Assembly (NCBI GenBank): GCA_964528705.1
Contig: CAZGUW010000001.1
Location: 2,429-66,428 of the forward strand
Direction of reading: 5' to 3'
Length of the DNA: 64,000 bases
Source of the DNA: an uncultured Geminicoccaceae bacterium
Lineage (GTDB): Bacteria; Pseudomonadota; Alphaproteobacteria; Geminicoccales; Geminicoccaceae
Part shown: in pieces, positions 29,522-37,709 of the stretch
Layout of the letters: each line of letters begins with the position of its first letter
How positions within the stretch are numbered: position 1 is the stretch's first letter
The notes under the pieces: model-generated
What the model saw: the letters and a program-made list of their open reading frames with translations, nothing else
What the model was told of the DNA's origin: nothing
The model's database searches: none
Translations under genes and position numbers: made by a program

Positions 29522-32200
29522 TCAGGCGCGGCAATCCTCGAGGCGGAGATAGCGGGCATCGAGCCCGAGATAATCCTCCTTGCGGCAGGTGAGCACGAGG
29601 ATCTGCTGGCGGACCGCCGCCTGCTGCAGGATGGCCTTCATCCGGGCAAGCCGCACAGCATCCGCATAGACGAGCGCGTCGTCGAGGATGAGCGGCGGCC
29701 CCTCGCCCAGCTTCTCTGCCAGAAGATCGCCGATTGCCAGCCGGACGAGGATGGCGAGCTGCTCGCGGGTGCCGACGCTGAGGCTGCCGAAAGGCTCGCT
29801 CGCGGCACTGCGCTTGAGCGCTTCCAGCCGCAGGTTCTCCGGGGCGATGGCCGCCACCACGTCGCCCATCAGCTGCCGCATGTAGGGTGCCAGCCGTGCC
29901 TCGAGCGGCTCGACCAGCGCGTCCTGCCGGGCGCGGTCGACCTTCTCCAGCGTCTCGGCGAGCAGCCGCCAGGCCTGCGCCTCGGCGAGGAGCCGGGCAT
30001 GGCGCCGCTCGGCCAGCTCGAGCCTGCCCTCGACGTCAGCCTTGCGGTCGCCGATGCCACGGCCGCCGGCGCCCTTCCGCTCGGCCTCGAGCCGCACCAC
30101 CTCGCGCTCGAGATCGCGCCCCTCCTCCTCGAGCTGGGCGAGCCGGCGCGCGGCCTGCTCGGCCTCGAGACGTGCGGTTTCCGGGGCGGCGCGGGCCAGC
30201 TCGCGCTCGACCCGCAGCACCGCCTCGTGGGCACGGTCGTCGACGGCCCGCGCCGCCGCCAGCGCCTCGGCGAGGGCGGCGTCGGCAAGCTCGTCCCGCT
30301 CGATCGCGAGCTGGTCCTCGAGCTTCGCCAGCTCGAGCCCGGCCCGCGCCTCCGCACCGGCGAGGACATCCGCCTCCCGCCCCAGCCGGGTCTCCTCCTC
30401 GACGGCCCGCCGCCGCTCCTCGGCCAGCGCCGCGTCCTTCTGGCGCGCCTCGACCAGACTTCGCTCGGCGGCCTCGCGCGCTGCCTCGAGCACCGCTTCG
30501 TCGTCCTCGCTGTCAGCCGTCGGGTCGCCGAAGCCTTCGAGCCGCGCCCGGGCCCTGACGCAGGCGGCCTCGAGCGCTGCCTGGTCCTTGATGCCGCTCG
30601 CCCGGAGCAGGGTCAGGAGGCTCTGCCGGGCTGCCGCGGCGGCGCGGGCGTGACGGTCCCGGGCCAGCAGGCGGCGACGCGCCTCGGCGAGGCTCGCTGC
30701 ACCCAGCTCGCCGAGCCGCCCGGCGAGCGCCGCCTCGCCATCGGCGAGCGCCTGACGCAGCTCGGCCAGCCGCTCGCCCCCCGGCGTCACCTCCACCCGG
30801 CCGAAGCCGTTGAGGGCGAGGACCGCCGGCGCGGTGAGCTCGATGGGTGTCGCCGGATCGACCGGCACATCACCCAGCAGCACCTGCGCATCCGCCCGGT
30901 CGGGCCGGAGCACGAGACGCGTCGCCACGGCGCGAAGTGCCGCCTGCGTCTCCTTGAGCCCCGCCGCCATCGTCTCGAGCTGCTCCAGCCCGGTCTCGTC
31001 GATCGCCTCCGCGTCGGCGCGGGCCTGCTGGTCGGCCGCCTCTGCCGCCGCTGCGCGGACGTCCGCCGCCACGCGCTCCAGCCCGGCGAGCTCGCCTGCC
31101 AGCCGCAACCGCTCGGCCCGCCGGCGTACGTTCTCGCGCTCGCGCTCGGCCGCCGCGAGCGCCTGGCGGCCCGCTTCCGCCGCCGCGTCGGCCGCCGCCC
31201 GCTGCCGCCGGGCCCGGTCCAGCAAGGGCGCGTTCTCGGCGACCGCCCGGGCGAGCTTCGTCTGCTCGGCTGCCCGCTCGTCGAGAGCGTCGAGCCGCTG
31301 CCGGCGCAGGTCCGCCATGTCCTGCAACCGCCGAAGCTCGCTCGCCGCCGCCTGGCGCTCGGCCGTCCGGACCCGCTGCTCCTCCTCGAGCGCGTTCACC
31401 CCGGCGAGGGCCGAGCGCGTGCCGTCGACCGCCTGGCGGGCGCGTCCCAGGTGATCGGCGGCGAGCCACGCGCGCCGCTTCTCGAAGGTCGTCGCCAGCC
31501 GGTCGAGCAGGGCCTCGACCTCCGCCTCGTCCTTTTCCAGTCCCGCAAGCTCGGCCCGGAGGTCCGCCGCCTCCCGCTCGAGCGTGGCGAGGTCGCCCCG
31601 CGGCTGGTCGCGCTTGCCGGTCCAGTGCTGGTCGCGCCGCCGCCGCACCTCGGTCAGCAGGCGCGGCGCAAGCTCGCCCCGGCCGAGGACGGCCACCTGG
31701 TCGGCGAGCGCCGGCTGGAGGCCGCGCAGCGCCGTCGGGCTCGGCCCCTGCTCCTTCGCGAAGGTGGTGCCCTGGTCGACCCAGAAGAGCCCGGCGACGC
31801 CGGTGTGCGTGTCCCGGGCAGCTCCCCTGCCCGGCCATTCGAACTGCAGGAGTGCTGCGAGCCGCAGCTCGGCCGCGTCCCCCTCGAGCACACCTTCCGG
31901 CGTCTCGAGCCGGACCCCGCCCCGGCGAAAGCGCTTGGCCAGACGGTAGCTGCTGCCGTCCAGCGTGAAGCCGACCGTGACGGCCGGCGTCTCGCCGCCG
32001 GCGAAGGGCTGGATGGTGTCGCGGTCCGCCCCGGTCGTGTTGTGCTTCATGAAGAAGGCGGCCTTCAGCGCGTCGAGCAGGGTCGACTTGCCTTCCTCGT
32101 TGTCGCCCGAGATGACCGTTATACCGACCGGCGCCGGGCGCAGGACATGGCGGCCGCGCAGCTTCTTGAAATCCTCGACGACGAGCTCGTCCAGCCGCAT
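29522..32200 (-). CDS. SMC/Rad50-like AAA ATPase (YhaN/SbcE-like), no zinc hook
   Basis: Walker A ISGDNEEGKSTLLDAL at the N-terminus. About 700 aa are Ala/Glu/Arg/Leu-rich coiled coil. The C-terminus has the signature LSVGTREQL and Walker B PLILDDALVYAD. The start MRLDELVVEDF at 32200 overlaps the upstream stop (ATGA). ORF track 29522..32224. Confidence 0.85.
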   Translation of the reverse strand: MRLDELVVEDFKKLRGRHVLRPAPVGITVISGDNEEGKSTLLDALKAAFFMKHNTTGADRDTIQPFAGGETPAVTVGFTLDGSSYRLAKRFRRGGVRLETPEGVLEGDAAELRLAALLQFEWPGRGAARDTHTGVAGLFWVDQGTTFAKEQGPSPTALRGLQPALADQVAVLGRGELAPRLLTEVRRRRDQHWTGKRDQPRGDLATLEREAADLRAELAGLEKDEAEVEALLDRLATTFEKRRAWLAADHLGRARQAVDGTRSALAGVNALEEEQRVRTAERQAAASELRRLQDMADLRRQRLDALDERAAEQTKLARAVAENAPLLDRARRQRAAADAAAEAGRQALAAAERERENVRRRAERLRLAGELAGLERVAADVRAAAAEAADQQARADAEAIDETGLEQLETMAAGLKETQAALRAVATRLVLRPDRADAQVLLGDVPVDPATPIELTAPAVLALNGFGRVEVTPGGERLAELRQALADGEAALAGRLGELGAASLAEARRRLLARDRHARAAAAARQSLLTLLRASGIKDQAALEAACVRARARLEGFGDPTADSEDDEAVLEAAREAAERSLVEARQKDAALAEERRRAVEEETRLGREADVLAGAEARAGLELAKLEDQLAIERDELADAALAEALAAARAVDDRAHEAVLRVERELARAAPETARLEAEQAARRLAQLEEEGRDLEREVVRLEAERKGAGGRGIGDRKADVEGRLELAERRHARLLAEAQAWRLLAETLEKVDRARQDALVEPLEARLAPYMRQLMGDVVAAIAPENLRLEALKRSAASEPFGSLSVGTREQLAILVRLAIGDLLAEKLGEGPPLILDDALVYADAVRLARMKAILQQAAVRQQILVLTCRKEDYLGLDARYLRLEDCRA

Positions 32201-33324
32201 CAGCCGGGCTCCAGCCGCTGCCACGCGCCGTGCAACAGGCGGAGCGCCATCGGTGCCGCCGGGTCGTCCGACGCGTCGAGCGCGGCGACCACCTCGGCGA
32301 GCAGGGGCTCGCTCGCCATGGTGGCGAGGTCGGCCTCGCTCGCCGCGGTCACGAGGCCCGCCTCCGCGACCTCAAGATGGCGCAGCCGCGCCTCGAGCCG
32401 GCCGAGCGCCGCCTCGAGCGCCGCCCGCCCGGCGAGATCGAGCGCCCCTTCGAGAGTCAGGCGAAGGACCGTCTCGCCGGGTGCCTCGAGGCCCGCCACC
32501 AGGGCGTCGAGCTGGTCGGCGATGGTCCGCGCGTCCGGCCCGTGGCCGAGATCCAGCTTGCGCGCCTGCCAGGCGTGCCGCCCGGTCTCGACGGTCTGGA
32601 CCGTCACCGGCTGGCCGGGGCCGGCGAGCGTCACCATGAGCGCCTGGCCGCGGCCGCTGCGGGTGAAGTCGTCGGGCTCGGGCGTGCCTGAGAACCAGGT
32701 GCGCGGCCCGACCTGCATGACCGAATGCCAGTCGCCGAGGGCGAGATAGTCGAGCCCGGCCCGCTCGGCACGGTCCATGGCGACCGGGTTCGGGCTCTCC
32801 GACTGGCCGGGCAGCAGCGCCGGAACGGCGCCATGCGCGAGGCCGACCTTCATGGCCCCGGCCGGCAGCTCCGCCGTGTCGAACCAGGCCGTGGTGTCGC
32901 CGCTCACATGCTTCTGCTGGAGCGGCGCCGGCAGGACGACGAGCCTGCCGTCCAGGAGCGTCACCGGCTCCGGCCGGGTCAGCAGGCGGATATTGTCCGG
33001 GCAGTCGCCCGAGGCGGCGAAGCGGTCCCAGAGGCCACCCGGCCGCGCCGGGTCGTGATTGCCGGGAAGCAAGAGCCAGGGGCCGGGAAAGCCGGCCATC
33101 CGGTGCACCATCCTCCGCAGCAGGCCGGGCTCGGCATGCTCGTGGTCGAGCACGTCGCCGGCGACCAGCACCGCCGCCACGTCGGCCTCGCCGGCGACCC
33201 TCGCGATCCGCTCGATGACGGCGAGCCGCGCCTCGCGCAGCAGGGCCGGCAGGTCACCGCCGGCGAAGCGCGCGAAGGACTTGCCGAGCTGCCAGTCGGC
33301 GGTGTGCAGGAGGCGGATCGTCAT
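32200..33324 (-). CDS. Metallophosphoesterase (SbcD/Mre11-like, YhaO/SbcF-like) partner of the ATPase
   Basis: ORF 32200..33324. MTIRLLHTADWQLGK, VAGDVLD, LLLPGNHDP, GLAHGAV and ALGDWHS are the calcineurin-like phosphoesterase motifs I-V, with substitutions described in the findings. Confidence 0.85.
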   Translation of the reverse strand: MTIRLLHTADWQLGKSFARFAGGDLPALLREARLAVIERIARVAGEADVAAVLVAGDVLDHEHAEPGLLRRMVHRMAGFPGPWLLLPGNHDPARPGGLWDRFAASGDCPDNIRLLTRPEPVTLLDGRLVVLPAPLQQKHVSGDTTAWFDTAELPAGAMKVGLAHGAVPALLPGQSESPNPVAMDRAERAGLDYLALGDWHSVMQVGPRTWFSGTPEPDDFTRSGRGQALMVTLAGPGQPVTVQTVETGRHAWQARKLDLGHGPDARTIADQLDALVAGLEAPGETVLRLTLEGALDLAGRAALEAALGRLEARLRHLEVAEAGLVTAASEADLATMASEPLLAEVVAALDASDDPAAPMALRLLHGAWQRLEPG

Positions 33325-33357
33325 AGGCCGGATCGTGCCACGCCGCCGGCCGCGGGA

Positions 33358-33723
33358 TCAACCGTCGCGCGACAGACCCTGCCGGTCGATCTCGGCAAGA
33401 TAGGCGGCCCAGATCGTCGCCTGCTCCGCGCCCAAACGGTAGAGCCAGCTCCAGCTGTAGATGCCGGTCGAATGCCGGTCGTCGAAGACGATGCGCACGG
33501 CATAGTTGCCGACCGGCTCGAGCCGCAGGATGCCGACCGCGCGCTTGCCGCCGACCGTCACCTTCTGCGACGGGGTGTGGCCCTGGACCTCGGCGGACGG
33601 GCTCTCGACACGCAGCAGCTCGGCCGGGTAGCTGAAGCTCCGGCCGTCGTCGAAATCGATGGCGAGGCGCCGCTCCTCGCGGTGGACGCGGATCTCGACC
33701 GGCCAGGCCTCCGCCTCAGCCAT
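33358..33723 (-). CDS. DUF971 (gamma-butyrobetaine hydroxylase-like N-terminal) domain protein
   Basis: [30 protein letters not shown] ... [29 protein letters not shown]. The start MAEAEAWP is at 33723, inside ORF 33358..33774. Confidence 0.7.
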   Translation of the reverse strand: MAEAEAWPVEIRVHREERRLAIDFDDGRSFSYPAELLRVESPSAEVQGHTPSQKVTVGGKRAVGILRLEPVGNYAVRIVFDDRHSTGIYSWSWLYRLGAEQATIWAAYLAEIDRQGLSRDG

Positions 33724-33976
33724 CGGCGGGATCGGCCTTGTCGGCACGCACGGCGTCAGGGATGCGATCGGCATCGTCGAGCTGCCGGGCGTCGTCGACC
33801 AGCATGATCGGGATGCCGTCGCGCACCGGATAGGCGAGACCCGCCTGCTCGCTGACCAGCTCGTTCCGCGCCCGGTCGTAGCGCAGCGGCCCCTTGGTCA
33901 GCGGGCAGATGAGAAGGTCGAGGAGCGCCGGGTCGAGGGCGGCGCCGGTGGTCGGGGTCTCGGGCTCGTTGCTCAT
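33716..33976 (-). CDS. Trm112 family (UPF0434) protein
   Basis: [51 protein letters not shown]. The start MSNEPE is at 33976. It overlaps the DUF971 start by 8 nt. Confidence 0.75.
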   Translation of the reverse strand: MSNEPETPTTGAALDPALLDLLICPLTKGPLRYDRARNELVSEQAGLAYPVRDGIPIMLVDDARQLDDADRIPDAVRADKADPADG

Positions 33977-34005
33977 CGTCTCGCTCTCCCGAAAAGCCGC
34001 AAGGG

Positions 34006-34692
34006 TCAGTGCAGGACCGTGGGCTCGGCGGCGCCCGTGGTCCCCGCCATGCACATCAGCGCGATCAGGAGCTCCGCCTGGGCGTTCAGGTTCTCGGCCT
34101 CGAGCAGGGCCTGCTTCTCGTTCGGCTCGAACGGGCAGATCATCACCAGCGAGGTGACGAGGCCGGCGAGCGGGGCCCCCTTGATCGTGTCCCAGTCGGC
34201 CTCGATATGCTGGCTCTCGAAATATCCCTTGAGCGCCGCCATGAGATCGCCGCGCAGCGTGTCGGGCGGTGGCTCCGGCTGCAGGTCGTCGTGCCAGCGG
34301 TCGAACGCGGCGACGACCTGGCGGTAGGGCGTCGCCACCTCCAGCTCCTCGGCGACGTCGAAGCGGGCGATGCCGGTCAGCGTGATGAGGAAGCGCCCGT
34401 CCTCCGTCTCGCGGAACGAGCTGATCCGCCCGGCGCAGCCCGTGCCGTAGATCGGCGGCTCGACCTCACTCTCCGCGGGCGCCCTCGCCTCGCTGCCCCT
34501 CGCCTCGCCGCTCCCCGCCGGGATTCGGGGCTGGATCATGCCGATCACCTTGTCGGTCTGCATGGCGTCCCGCACCATCTGCAGGTAACGCGGCTCGAAG
34601 ATGTTGAGCGGCAGGTTGCCGCCCGGCAGCAGGACCGCCCCGGGCAGGGGGAAAATGGGAAACCGGCCGGGCAGGCTCTCGAGGCCGGGCAT
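34006..34692 (-). CDS. LON peptidase substrate-binding (N-terminal) domain protein
   Basis: ORF 34006..34692. [34 protein letters not shown] is the LON N-domain hallmark. There is no ATPase or protease part. Confidence 0.85.
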   Translation of the reverse strand: MPGLESLPGRFPIFPLPGAVLLPGGNLPLNIFEPRYLQMVRDAMQTDKVIGMIQPRIPAGSGEARGSEARAPAESEVEPPIYGTGCAGRISSFRETEDGRFLITLTGIARFDVAEELEVATPYRQVVAAFDRWHDDLQPEPPPDTLRGDLMAALKGYFESQHIEADWDTIKGAPLAGLVTSLVMICPFEPNEKQALLEAENLNAQAELLIALMCMAGTTGAAEPTVLH

Positions 34693-34710
34693 GCTGACCT
34701 GCCTCCTACC

Positions 34711-35634
34711 TCAGCTGAAGAGGACGGAGGACAGGAGCCGGCGCCCCTTGATGGTCATGGGGTGGGTCGGCCCGAGTGCCTCGAAGAACCGTACCAGCTG
34801 CTTTCTCGCCCCGTCCTCATGCCATTCGCGATCCCGCTTCACGATCTGGCGGAGATGCTCCATCGCCGGCTCGACCTGGCCGCGCAGGAAGAGCGAGGTG
34901 GCCAGCTCGTAGCGGGCATCGTGATCGTCCGCATTGGCCTCGATACGCTGCGCCAGCTCGGCCGGATCACCGAGCGTGCCGGCCTCCTTGGCGAGCGCCA
35001 CGGCGGACTTCGCACCGGTGACCGCGGCATGCTTGGCGGCCGCGGCCGGCACGTCGTCGAGCAACTGCTCCGCCTCGGCGAGATCGCCCGCGGCGAGCAG
35101 GCAGCGGGCGAGACCGCCGAGCGCATCGGCGTTCTCCGGCTCCTGCTCCAGCACCGCGCCGAAGAGCTGGCCCGCCGCATCGAGTTCGCCCGCCTCGAGC
35201 GCCGCCTGGGCCTCGGCCAGCTGGACATCGACGTCGGCCGGCCCGAGCGGGCCGCCGGTCAGCTTCTCGACCAGCGCCTTGATCTGGCTCTCGGGCTGCG
35301 CCCCGGCGAAGCCGGTAACCGGCTGACCCTGGGCGAAGGCGTAGACCGTGGGCACCGACTGCACGCGCAGCTGCTGGGCGAGCTCGGGGTTCTGGTCGAT
35401 GTCGATCTTGACCAGCTTGACCTTGCCGCCGGCCTGCTTGACCACCTTCTCGAGCACCGGGGTCAGCTGCTTGCAGGGGCCGCACCAGGTGGCCCAGAAA
35501 TCGACCAGCACGGGCTGGCGCATGGATTCCTGGATGACGTCGCGGGCGAAGGTCTCGAGCGTGCCGTCCTTGATCAGGTCCGCGCCGCCACCCTGTTGGC
35601 CGGCCGGAGCCTGCATGCCGCCGATCATCTGCAT
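34711..35634 (-). CDS. Thioredoxin-domain protein with C-terminal TPR (YbbN/CnoX-like co-chaperone)
   Basis: VLVDFWATWCGPCKQLTPVLEKV (WCGPC), followed by a TPR-like helical region. The start MQMIGGMQ is at 35634, inside ORF 34711..35751. Confidence 0.85.
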   Translation of the reverse strand: MQMIGGMQAPAGQQGGGADLIKDGTLETFARDVIQESMRQPVLVDFWATWCGPCKQLTPVLEKVVKQAGGKVKLVKIDIDQNPELAQQLRVQSVPTVYAFAQGQPVTGFAGAQPESQIKALVEKLTGGPLGPADVDVQLAEAQAALEAGELDAAGQLFGAVLEQEPENADALGGLARCLLAAGDLAEAEQLLDDVPAAAAKHAAVTGAKSAVALAKEAGTLGDPAELAQRIEANADDHDARYELATSLFLRGQVEPAMEHLRQIVKRDREWHEDGARKQLVRFFEALGPTHPMTIKGRRLLSSVLFS

Positions 35635-35848
35635 GTCGAAAAAACCTCTGCTGCCCGCAACTCGCGCCCACCGGACGCCGACGCCCTCCCGCCGACCGCC
35701 TCCGGGTACCACGGGTGACGCATAGATGGAAATCACCCGCCGGCGATGCAAGGCGCGCTACAGGCTACGCGCAAGCCGCTTGCCAAACCGCCACCCATCG
35801 ACTACATGCCGCGCCTGTGCCGGAGACGCTTCGCGGATCCGGGCGTGA

Positions 35849-35923
35849 GCGGGCGTAGCTCAGGGGTAGAGCACAACCTTGCCAAGGTTGGGGTCGAGGG
35901 TTCGAATCCCTTCGCCCGCTCCA
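35849..35923 (+). tRNA. tRNA-Gly (anticodon GCC)
   Basis: Folded by hand: acceptor GCGGGCG/CGCCCGC, D stem GCTC/GAGC, anticodon stem CAACC/GGTTG with loop TTGCCAA, T arm GAGGG-TTCGAAT-CCCTT, discriminator T, encoded CCA. 75 nt. Confidence 0.95.
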
Positions 35924-36119
35924 GTTTCCAGCATCTTCTGTCGGTCGGCCCGGTTTCCCGCCCGCTCCGATAATTCCCCCCGATCATCGCAGTTTTGCCC
36001 GGTTGTCGCAGTCTTGATTGAGACGCGCGAGCGTCCGGCCGCGCCGGATCTATCCCCGGTTCCCTTATACGTGCGAGACCGCTAAGATCCGTTTCCTGTC
36101 GGGTGCTTGCGGGGACCGG

Positions 36120-37709
36120 GTGCGGGCAACATCAAAAACGTTCCATGGCTGGATCGCCGTGATCGCGGCCGGACTCGTCACCGGCTGCGCCATGGTCGGT
36201 CCCGACTTCACGACTCCGCCGTCCGAGCTCAATCCGGACTGGCTCGCCTCCGGCTCGTCCAGGGTGGCCGAGGACCCGGCCAACAACGGCGAGTGGTGGC
36301 GCACCTTCGACGACCCGGCGCTGACCCGGCTGATCGAGATCGGCTACGACCAGAACCTGCCCCTGCAGGTGGCCGGCGCGCGCGTCCTCCAGGCGCGTGC
36401 CCAACTCGCCGTGGTGATCGGCGAGCAGTACCCGCAGCAGCAGCAGCTGGTCGGCGAGCTCCAGCGGTCGCGGGAGAGCGCCCGTGCTGCCGACGCCCCG
36501 CAGGGCAACGCGTCGAGGCTCGCCTATAACGAGGCCTCGATCGGCGCCCAGGCGTCATGGGAGCTGGATTTCTGGGGCAAGTTCCGCCGGTCGATCGAGT
36601 CGGCGGATGCCCAGCTCGCCGCCACCGTCGCCAATTACGACGACGTGCTCGTCAGCCTGACGGCGGATATCGCCACCGCCTACATCCAGCTGCGCACCCT
36701 GCAGGAGCAGCTTCGCGTCGCGCGCGAGAACGTCAAGGTGCAGCAGGAGGGGCTGCAGATCGCCAACCGCCGCTTCGCGGGCGGGGTCACCGACAGCCGC
36801 GACGTCGAGCAGGCCAGGGCGATCCTCGCCTCGACCCAGGCGACGATCCCGCAGCTCGAGCAGGAGATCGAGCGGACGCAGAACCTAATCGCCACCCTGA
36901 TCGGCCGGCCGCCGGGACCGCTCGACGACCTGCTCGCCGAGTCCAAGGGCATTCCGCTGCCGCCCGCGACCGTGGGCATCGGCATCCCGGCCGACCTGCT
37001 GCGCCGCCGCCCCGACATCCGCCAGGCCGAGGCCGAGGCCGCCGCGCAAAGTGCTCTCATCGGCGTGCAGGAGGCCGACCTCTACCCGGCCTTCTCCCTC
37101 ACCGGCAGCTTCGGCTTCGCCGCCAGCAGCGCCGGCCCGTTCCAGCTCGGCGACATCACCCAGTGGCGCAGCCGCACCTTCGGCATCGGCCCGACCGTGG
37201 TCTGGGACTTCCTCAATTACGGCCGGATCGAGAACGCGGTCCGGGTCCAGGACGCCGCCTTCCAGCAGGCCTACACCAATTACCAGAACACCGTCCTCCA
37301 GGCGCAGCGCGAGGTCGAGAACGGCCTCATCGGCTTCCGCAAGCAGCAGGAGCGGGCGAAGTTCCTGAGCGATGCCGTGCGCGCCGCCCAGCGCTCGCTC
37401 GACCTCGCCTTCGCCCAGTACAGCGGCGGCATCACCGACTTCACCACCGTGCTGGTGGCCGAGCAGCAGCTCCTGCAGCAGCAGGACGAGCTCGCGGTCA
37501 CCGCCGGCGCCATTCCGAGCAACCTCGTCGCCGCCTACCGGGCGCTGGGCGGCGGCTGGCAGCTGCGCCTCGGCAAGCCGTTCCTGCCGCCGCAGACCGT
37601 GGACGCCATGGCCGAGCGGACCGACTGGGGCACGCTGCTCGACTACGAGGTGATGGTGCCGCCCATCCCGGTCCCCCGACCGAACGAATTCCGGCTGCCG
37701 CAATCATGA
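36120..37709 (+). CDS. RND efflux outer-membrane factor lipoprotein (NodT/OprM family)
   Basis: Lipobox AAGLVTGCAMVGPDF, WW motif EWWRTFDDPAL, two TolC-like repeats. ORF 36018..37709. GTG 36120 gives a normal-length signal peptide, so the start is uncertain. Confidence 0.85.
   Translation: MRATSKTFHGWIAVIAAGLVTGCAMVGPDFTTPPSELNPDWLASGSSRVAEDPANNGEWWRTFDDPALTRLIEIGYDQNLPLQVAGARVLQARAQLAVVIGEQYPQQQQLVGELQRSRESARAADAPQGNASRLAYNEASIGAQASWELDFWGKFRRSIESADAQLAATVANYDDVLVSLTADIATAYIQLRTLQEQLRVARENVKVQQEGLQIANRRFAGGVTDSRDVEQARAILASTQATIPQLEQEIERTQNLIATLIGRPPGPLDDLLAESKGIPLPPATVGIGIPADLLRRRPDIRQAEAEAAAQSALIGVQEADLYPAFSLTGSFGFAASSAGPFQLGDITQWRSRTFGIGPTVVWDFLNYGRIENAVRVQDAAFQQAYTNYQNTVLQAQREVENGLIGFRKQQERAKFLSDAVRAAQRSLDLAFAQYSGGITDFTTVLVAEQQLLQQQDELAVTAGAIPSNLVAAYRALGGGWQLRLGKPFLPPQTVDAMAERTDWGTLLDYEVMVPPIPVPRPNEFRLPQS

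Noticed and set aside
29501-32749. A 1082-aa plus-strand ORF across the ATPase/phosphoesterase genes.
   Set aside because: It is antisense to genes with clear Walker A/B, signature and phosphoesterase motifs. The product is a repetitive Leu/Arg/Pro/Gly-rich artefact of the reverse complement of an Ala/Glu/Arg coiled-coil gene.
29522-33324. The SMC-like ATPase plus nuclease as a Lamassu/Wadjet/Gabija-type defence system.
   Set aside because: There is no third component (LmuC/JetA/JetB/JetD-like, helicase or effector domain). No mobile-element or defence-island neighbours are present, and the composition is uniform. The pair is embedded in a conserved-looking housekeeping string. It is kept as a finding only because the family is poorly characterised.
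35913-35968. A 10-nt copy of the tRNA-Gly 3' end (CGCCCGCTCC) 46 bp downstream of the tRNA, as a possible att scar marking a genomic island that begins with the RND operon.
   Set aside because: The repeat is too short and GC-biased to be significant. No integrase, excisionase or second distal repeat was seen, and there is no compositional change across the junction.
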